Shown: positions 55,000 through 64,000 of the stretch, one piece after another
Layout: each line of letters starts with the position of its first letter
Numbering within the stretch: position 1 is the first letter of the stretch
Assembly (NCBI GenBank): GCA_951406725.2
Contig: OX597826.1
Location: 32,860,001 to 32,924,000 of the forward strand
DNA length: 64,000 nt
Source: Octopus vulgaris
Taxonomy: Eukaryota
Direction: 5' to 3'
The notes under the pieces: model-generated
What the model saw: only the letters and a program-made list of their open reading frames with translations
Databases searched by the model: none
What the model was told of the DNA's origin: nothing
Made by a program: the position numbers and the translations under genes

Positions 55000-56230
55000 A
55001 TTGGTGTCTATATTTGTAAATTCTTACCAGCATTTCTCAATCCACAGCTATCTCATTTTCAATGATTCAGTGATGTAAACTGCAGTGGGAGCACTATGAA
55101 AATAACTAGTTTTCTGTTAGATGAGATTGGTGAACTTAACTTCTGTATGTAAGATAAAAATCAGTACTGGGTGGCATGTTGACTAGTCTTTAACCTGTTT
55201 GAACTGAAGATGTCAGCTTCCTTGGTGTCCAACTTTCTGATATATTGGTAAAAGAGTCTTTACTTTTAGTTTCTGTAATTCTCGCCTTTTAGCATTCTAT
55301 GAACTGCAAGAAACCTTTGGAGAACTTAATAAAGGTGTAACACATTCCTGATAGAAAACTGTTAAAATGCTAATAAGTATCTTCGATTATCAATTGATGC
55401 TTATTTTTACCGTTTACAGAAGAATGAAAAATAAAGTTGTCCTATTTGGAATTTGAACGATGTCAATTCTTTCTTTCTTCAATTGCTGTGGTTCAACTTG
55501 CCTTTAGTAATATATTTCAACTTCATTAATCTAACTCGGTTTTCTGTATGTCGTAACATAAATATATTTTATTTGCTTCATTTTCTTAAAGGCCATGTTT
55601 AGGAGAGAAGAAACGTATCTATAGGAAGGATTTATGAAGGAAAAATCTCTATAAAATTGGTTCCTGCAATAATTTTACCTTAATAAATTGCTGAACTTTC
55701 TAAAAGTAGGTGTCGCTCTAGAAACATACACTACTATTATCATTATTTTCATCATCATCAACATCATCAACATCGTTATCATCATCATCATCATCATTGT
55801 GAATGATACTGTTGGTAAACGGTACTTTCTAGACACAAACAGCAAGTCATTTTCATCTATATGCACAAGTGATTTTGACCGGAATTACCCCCAAGGGACA
55901 CGCAGACACAATGCAAGCAATGGCTGACTGTTTCGCCTACAAAAGAATCACAATGTTTGCAATTGTTTTCTACAAATCTTTCAAAACTTTTGAACTTCTT
56001 CCAAGAAATTTGGTCACTAATAGGAAATAGATATAGTTATGATTAATGGGCAAATTCCATACTTGTCTATGTTTTTCTGAAGTCTGTTACACTTTACTAA
56101 AGACCAATAACCGAGAATGAATTGTTATTCGTTGCAAAGGAATGAGCATTCTCTTGAGACTGGAAAGTTCCAGATCATCTCGCTACAGAATCCACTAGTT
56201 TAAGTCCATAATTTCAAGATGTTTCTCGTT
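55000..56230 (+). pseudogene. Decayed RI-type LRR fragments
   Basis: LLDEIGELNFC; EDVSFLGVQLSD; KNLYKIGSCNN; FSTNLSKLLNFFQEIWSLIGNR. Confidence 0.55.
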
Positions 56231-56789
56231 ACAATAATTGTCTTGCGGTATTTATTATATTAGTTATCTGTTTTAAAATGGGTGCTATATTCAAATAGCC
56301 ATAGCTGTGGTGTGTTGTGGTATTAACTGAAGCCAGCAACTCAGTTTCTAATTGCAGGTGCAGCAGTTTCTCTATTTCACTTCCATTTGTGTTGATAACA
56401 CAAGTGCAAAAAAAAAACAAAAACATTTTCTCATCTCTCCCTCTTCTCCCTTCTTAACCAGGATACATTGCCAATGTCGTTGTCTTCTCATCATCCCAAC
56501 TACATCACTGACATCACTGACATCATCTGACATCATCATCACTGACATCACTGACATCATCATCAACACCACCACCACCACCACCACCATTATCATGATG
56601 TTGTTTGTCGTTGTCATCATTATGCTCATGCAGTCATCATCATTATCGTTGTCGTGATCATCATCATCTTCAAAACCCTCCTCCTTTACCACCTCCTTTT
56701 CATCATCACTTCCATCGTTATACTATCATCACAATCATCTTCATCACCATCCTCATCGTCGTTGTCATCATCATCATCATCATCATCAT

Positions 56790-57110
56790 TTTACAATGTA
56801 GGTGGAGCCCACAACTTCTCTAATACTAAGGGACAAATGAACTGAATCAAGGTAGGGTAGAGGGAGCTCTTTAGTCTTACTGGGGTCAAAGCAACTTCTT
56901 TAGCGTGAGTGCTGCAATGAAAATCTCCTTAATCTGCCCTGTGAGGTGGCTGACAATGGCAAAGACATCGGCTGTAGAATCTTTACCAAACAGAAAGATA
57001 ACAAACACATAAGGGGCAAATGAGCCTTCTTGCAGAAGCTGTCAGTGAGAAGAAGAATTGATAAGGGCCATTGCGGTATAAGAAGACCTTGCGAGAAGGA
57101 AAAGGAACAG
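56790..57110 (+). pseudogene. Decayed RI-type LRR fragment
   Basis: SNFFSVSAAMKI; NLLNLPCEVADNGKDIGCRIF; LQKLSVRRRIDKG. Confidence 0.65.
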
Positions 57111-57527
57111 ATGTGAACTGATGACGACGACGACGATGACAATGATGATGACAACCATACTGATGATGGCAATGATGAGGATGATGATCATGATGATGGT
57201 AAGAACGGTAATGATGGTGATGATCATGATAATTTTAATAGAGGCAATCATGCTGATAATGAGAGTGATGGAAATTATGATGGTAATTATGATAATGATT
57301 GTGATGACGATGATGATGTTGACGATCGTGGTGGTGTTGGTGATAATGATGATGTTCTGGGATGACTACTTCTTCACCTTACATTGCAGTATTCAGTTAC
57401 CCTCATCTTCTGCAGTTCTGTTTCACTTCTGGCAGAATATTTGTTTCTGAAGATATAATTTTCATTGTAGCTTCTGTATGGTGAAGCACATTCAAAGCAT
57501 AAAACCCAGAATTAATATATATGTATA

Positions 57528-57565
<38 letters not shown>

Positions 57566-57727
57566 GGTGTGTGCGTGTGCGTGTGCGTGTGTATACACAT
57601 ATACATACATATATACATACATATATATATACATGTATGTATATATACAGGCATGTATATAGAGGTATATATATTTCTAAAGCAGTATGTAAATATATAT
57701 ATATGTATATATATATACGTATATATG

Positions 57728-57794
<67 letters not shown>

Positions 57795-58261
57795 ACATAC
57801 ATGCATACATATATACATATTTATAGCTATACATATGTGTGGGTGTATACATAGATATAATTATATACTTATACACACACACATATACATGCTCACACCC
57901 ACAAACACATACACACACTCATTTACACACCCATACATACATAATCTTCTTTGTTCAGTTTGTTAAATCTTTTGTTTCAATTGTTCTGCTTTTGTCTTAA
58001 TTCATTTTACTTTAATCTCCAGTTCTTTAGAATTATTTCTTTAAAATTTTGCAGTATTCATTTCATTTTTGATTTTATTTCATTTTATTTTTTTATTTTT
58101 GTTTTTTCACATTTTGTCAATACTTTCCACAAAGACATTTATTTTCATCTTACAAAACTATACATTCTAAAATATTTGTATTTAATTTATTGGCATTATA
58201 TCCATTCATATATATCTTTTAATTTCTCCCCTCGTCATCATCATTATTATTATTATCATTG

Positions 58262-58303
<42 letters not shown>

Positions 58304-58412
58304 CCATCATTATTATTTTTGTTATTATCAGGAATATCAAAATTGTTATTATTATTTATTGTGATTATTATGATTATTATCATTATTATTGTTTCTAGCA
58401 GCAATATTAAAA

Positions 58413-58450
<38 letters not shown>

Positions 58451-58489
58451 CTTGTTCTTGTTCTTCTTGTTCTTGTTCTTCTTCTTCTT

Positions 58490-58588
<99 letters not shown>

Positions 58589-58595
58589 GTTGTTG

Positions 58596-58630
<35 letters not shown>

Positions 58631-59874
58631 GATATCATTAGCATTTTTGGTTTTTGTTTATTCATCTTGCTCCTTTTAATTACGTACATAATAGCAAAAG
58701 GAGAACACCAATTCTTTTTGTCTAAGAACAACCGCTTAAATCGCTTAATTTCTATGATGGCAAACATTTTCACTTTCTTTTAATTATCCTCAGAGCATTT
58801 ACACCATAGTTAATTACTGTATTTCTATTATTTATTACAAGAATATAATTTTTCTTTTTCTGACTCAAACATATTACTGCTCTTCATCTTATTTATTTTT
58901 TCCCCTTGCTTCAGTTTGCTTTAGTTTAGCTCTCTTTGTTTTGCTTCTTAAATTGCTTTTTAATCTCATTTTCTAAATTAAATCAAATTAAAAAGAAATG
59001 AAAGCGAATTATAAGTTAGTTAGAAACATGAATTATGCCTTATATTTAATGGTAGCAAAATGAAAAAAAATGAGTCTTTTTATTATTTGTTTAATTTTAA
59101 GGTAATGATTGTCAGTCTTTTTTGTTCTGAATTCAAATTCCGCCAAGGTCAACTTTGCCTTTCATCCTCTCAGGATTGATAAATTAAGTACCAGTTGTGT
59201 ACTGGGGTCGATCTAATTGACTGACCCCTCCCTCAAAATTTCAGGCCTTATGCCTAGAGTAGGAAAGAATATTAAGGCATTGAGCTGGTGGAATTGTCAA
59301 CATATCAGACAGAAGGTTTGGCAGCATTCTTCATGTCCTTTATATTCTGTGCTCAAGTACCAGCAAGTTAAATTTCCTTTCATCCCTCAGGGGGCCAATG
59401 AAATAAACTACCAGTGAAATATGGGGGTTGTGGTAACCAATTTCCCCTTCTACCCCAAAAAATTGCTGGCCTTCTCTTTCCTATCCTTTTTTTCTGCAGG
59501 GGTAGCCACATATTTCCACTTTAATATGACTCCAATCACTGTCTCACTCCTTTACTCTCACCTCTCCCCTGGCTCCACTGCCATTTCCTTTGATTCCACT
59601 TCATCTCTCAGCCAAAAGGTCCTGTCTTGCAAGATATTTAGTGGCCTCACTGGTGCAGGTGCTATGCAAAAAGCACCAGTGCCAATTTGTTAAAAGAAAG
59701 AAGCACCATCATCATCATCATCATCATCATCATTGATTAAAACAATAAGTTATTTTATATGAAACTTCGCTAATAAATAAACAAATGATAAAAAAAAACG
59801 GTGATTTTAACTCACAGCTTTCAATTATTAAACATTGATAATTGGAATGAATAAATAAAGTTGAATATTAAGTA

Positions 59875-61166
59875 CGAGGGACGTTCAATAAGTAATGCCT
59901 CTGACCCACTTGCAATTGTTTGATCTAGCTGAGATTTTGCATGTGCAATCATTTATATCTCTATAGATTAAGTGGCAAATGACAGCTCTGAATTAATTGT
60001 GGTTACTGATTTACAGGTGTTTGAACCGAGTCAAGTGTGAAATGGAGCCTGTTGAGTGTCGAGCAGTGATCCGGATTTTGTATTTGAAAGGACGCACACC
60101 ACGGGAGACTTTTGATGAAATGAAAGTAACTTATGGTGATGATGCCCCATCATATGACCTTGTAAAACGCTGGCATCGTGAATTCAAACATGGTCGGAAC
60201 TCGGTGGAAACAGCTCCCAGATCTGGTCGCACCCCTTCTGCCATTGATGAGGCATCTGTCCGTCAAGTTGAGGCTGCCATTTTGGAAGATCGACGCATAA
60301 TTATTCGCCAAATAGCCCATGAGGTCAAGATTAGTACCGGGTCTGTGGAAACTATCATTCATGACCATTTGCATATGCAAAAGGTGTCTGCCAGAGGGAT
60401 TCCCAGGTTGCTCACGCCTTTCCAGAAGCAAGAACGCGTCGAGTGCTCGAGGGTGAATTTGGAGATGTGCCAAGAAGATGAGTCAAAATTTTTCAAAAGA
60501 CTGATTACACAGGATGAAACCTGGGTCCATCACGATGATCCAGAGACCAAATCCCAGTCAATGCAGTGGAAGCACCGTGACTCATCCCCTCCAAAGAAGG
60601 CAAGGGTGCAGCCCTCCGCTGGCAAGGTCATGCTCACAGTCTTCTGGGACCAGGACGGAGTAGTGATGACAGATTTCCTGGCAAAGGGTACCACAATTGC
60701 AGGAGCCTATCATGCTTCACTTCTGAGGAAATTAAGAAAAGTTATCAAAATCAAGATGCGGGGCAAGATCAGCAAAGGCAGCCTCCTCCTGCAGGACAAC
60801 GCTTCGGTCCACAACTCGTATGTCGCCAGATCAGATGCACAGGCGCATGGCTATGAACTCCTCCCCATCCCCCCTATTTTCCTGACCTTGCACCCTCTGA
60901 ATTTCACCTCTTCTCAATCATGAAGTTGTTTTTGAAAGGAAAGCGTTTCCCAGATGATGCAGCCTTGATTTCTAAAGTCACGTTGAGGTTGGAGGACCAA
61001 GCTGGGTTCTTCTACAAAAACGGTCTCCAGAGCCGCAACAAACGATGGGAGAAATGCGTAACTCTGGGTGGTTCCTATGTAGAAAAAGATTAATAACTGT
61101 GCCAAGTTTCATTGCTCTACTGCTATGGGAAGTGGGTCAGGGGCATTACTTATTGAACGCCCCTCG
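59875..61166 (+). mobile_element. Full-length mariner transposon (1292 bp, irritans-like)
   Basis: 37 bp TIRs (59875-59911 and 61130-61166, 2 mismatches); TA TSD at 59873-59874 and 61167-61168. Confidence 0.97.
60042..61093 (+). pseudogene. Mariner transposase, about 350 aa reconstructed, with one 1-bp frameshift near 60865
   Basis: HTH region with RSGR, GIPRLL (WVPHEL-like), TQDETW, SAGKVMLTVFWD and QDNA; after the frameshift HPPYFPDLAPSEFH...RWEKCVTLGGSYVEKD*. Confidence 0.95.
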
Positions 61167-61461
61167 TAATTATGGACCTTTGATATATTGTCGGGTGACT
61201 TTTGGCCATCCTTGTATATATATAAAAAATAATATAAATATATTTATCTCTATACACATGTATATTACCCATAAATATGATTTATGTATGGGTTATGGGT
61301 TTACAGACAGATATATCAGGAAGTATCTATGATGTACATACAAGTGATGGAACAAAAAAAATGAATGAATTATAAAAACTGGTAATTCTCTACCAAAGAT
61401 CCATTTTCTTTTTCGTCCTTTGAACGGTTTGGGGAGAATAGGCCACACTGATCGAAATTGT

Positions 61462-61772
61462 AGAAGAAGAAGAAGAAGAAGAAGAAGAAGAAGAAGAAGA
61501 AGAAGAAGAAGAAGAAGAAGAAGAAGAAGAAGAAGAAGAAGAAGAAGAAGAAGAAGAAGGAGGAGGAGGAGAAGAAGAAGAAGAAGGAGGAGGAGGAGAA
61601 GAAGAAGAAGAAGAAGAAGAAGAAGAAGAAGAAGAAGAAGAAGAAGAAGAAGAAGAAGAAGAAGAAGAAGGAGAAGAAGCAGAAGAAGAAGAAGAAGAAG
61701 GAGAAGAAGAAGAAGAAGAAGAAGAAGAAGAAGAAGAAGAAGAAGAAGAAGAAGAAGAAGAAGAAGAAGAAA
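61462..61772. repeat. Long (GAA)n/(GGA)n polypurine tract of about 310 bp
   Basis: Direct reading; source of the poly-R ORF. Confidence 0.97.
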
Positions 61773-62228
61773 ATGATAATTTTTTAAATGTCCGACTATT
61801 TGATGATACTTAACTTTTTCGAAGAATGTATGAAGAACATTCTCAGTATTATAATATTCTTGAAACAGAAGCTGTTTTCTATCTTTGTCTTTTTGATGTT
61901 TTTTCTTGTTATTTTTTTATTTCGATATTTTTGCACTACACCAAAAAAAAAAAAAAAAAAGAAAAAGGATAAGAACAAATCAAAAACAGAAAATGAAAGA
62001 AATATATTCTTTTTGTGAGTTTTGAAAGTAATCAGTGAAAAGTTAATATCATTCCATAAAATAGAAATATTTGTGACATTTGGAAGTGTAAGGAGAAAAC
62101 GGTTTACTTACATCTTCTCTTGGATATCAAACAATTAACTTTATCTCTATGTTTTTTGTTTTCCTTCACAAAACGTTCATTTGCCTTTGTTTTATATATG
62201 CATATATGTTTGTGTGTTTGTGTGTGTG

Positions 62229-62297
<69 letters not shown>

Positions 62298-62522
62298 AAG
62301 AAATAAACGGTATAATTATCTAATTTATATATATATGTACGTATAGATAATATATATATATATATAGCGAGAGATAGAGAGATAGATATATATACATATA
62401 TATATATGTATATATATATGCATATATATGTAAATATATAAGTATATATATATATATATCTAAGTATATGTATATATATATACTTATTTGTATACTCATA
62501 TATATATAAACATACATATATG

Positions 62523-62562
<40 letters not shown>

Positions 62563-62569
62563 TATACAA

Positions 62570-62605
<36 letters not shown>

Positions 62606-62809
62606 ATACACACATGTATGTATATTTTTGTTTCTACACAAGTGGCATATAACCTTATCATCAGAAGGTTTCAATGGTGCGTAACCTTATCAGAAACTTT
62701 CATTTGATGCTTAGTTTTATATATTTACTTCTCATTTTATTACACCAATGATAGTAAAGAGTGATCTTTTGTCTAAGTTTAAGAAACTGTTTATACTTAT
62801 ACTTATGTA

Positions 62810-62840
<31 letters not shown>

Positions 62841-62878
62841 GTATAGCATATATATCTGCATGTATATATGTATGTATA

Positions 62879-62915
<37 letters not shown>

Positions 62916-62998
62916 TCACACATATATGTATTCATATGTCTGTGTAAATATATATATATATATATATATTCACAAATATATGTATACTTATTTCTGTG

Positions 62999-63042
<44 letters not shown>

Positions 63043-63074
63043 TATGTAAATGCATATATATATATATTCTTTCC

Positions 63075-63488
63075 TTTTATTCTTTTATGTGTTTCAGTCA
63101 TTTGACTGTGGCCATGCTGGAGCACCTCCTTTAGTCGAACAAATGAACCCCAGGACCTATGCTTTGTAAGCCAAATCCTTATTCTATCAGTCTCTTTTGC
63201 CGAACTGCTGAGTAATGGGGACGTAATCACACCAGCATTGGTTGTCAAGCGATGTTGGATGGGACAAATGCAGACACACAAACATACACACACTCAAACA
63301 CACAATCATATGTATATATATATACGACAGGCTTCTTTCATTTTCCATTTACCAATTCCACTCACAAGGTTTTGGTCAGCCCAAGGTTATTGTAGAAGAT
63401 ACTTGCCCAAGGTGCCTTGCAGTGGGACTGAACCTGGGACCATGAGGCTGGTAAGCAAGCTACTTACCACACAGCCACTCCTGCACCT
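63075..63488 (-). mobile_element. SINE family A, full length
   Basis: Tail-to-head match to 41445-41852. Confidence 0.9.
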
Positions 63489-63490
63489 AA

Positions 63491-63586
<96 letters not shown>

Positions 63587-63607
63587 CTGTATGTATTTGT
63601 ATATATG

Positions 63608-63669
<62 letters not shown>

Positions 63670-64000
63670 TACATATACATATATGTGTGTGTGTATAATT
63701 ATTTCAGTTTATCTTGTTTGTTTCTGCACCATCCTTACATCCTTAAGAGGTCTAGATCTATTTTTGTCTTATCTTTTCTCAGACGTTTTATGACTATCAA
63801 AAGTATTTAGAAGCTACTTAAAAGCAAACTCCAAACCTCCCTCTGACACCTTCTCCTCGCCCTCCTGGATTCACTCTCATGAATTGTCACTGCTTCTCTT
63901 CTTTCCCACCCAAATTGCTGTGTGGGGGCAGGCATGCCACGAATAGACCCAACGTTTCCTCTGCATTTCGTGAAAGGTGACTAAAAGAAGCTGAGTTAGG

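Noticed and set aside
61420-61776. Protamine-like poly-Arg ORF
   Set aside because: Translation of a (GAA)n microsatellite with a non-ATG start.

Overview
AT-rich eukaryotic DNA saturated with microsatellites ((TA)n, (CA)n, (TACA)n, (TATC)n, (GAT)n, (TAA)n, (GAA)n) and tRNA-derived SINEs. The SINE families and repeat landscape suggest an octopod cephalopod (Octopus-like; inference). Almost all listed ORFs are microsatellite artefacts, and I find no intact host gene. Recognisable mobile elements are a full-length but frameshifted mariner (59875-61166), a 5'-truncated R4/Dong-like RLE retrotransposon sitting in a (TACA)n tract, non-autonomous Helitrons, hAT and piggyBac-type MITEs, and four SINE families. 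Two layers are not visible in the ORF track. (1) Most non-repetitive islands from about 2 kb to 62 kb translate on the + strand, through stops and frameshifts, into ribonuclease-inhibitor-type leucine-rich repeats (LxxLxLxxNxIGxxG). The window therefore looks like the shredded remnant of a very large NLR-like LRR coding array, or a tandem cluster of them, inflated by insertions. (2) About nine hammerhead-ribozyme motifs of the Penelope-like-element type occur on both strands. One is fully canonical (44642-44732) and two sit inside long fold-back elements. All calls are by eye; no searches were run.
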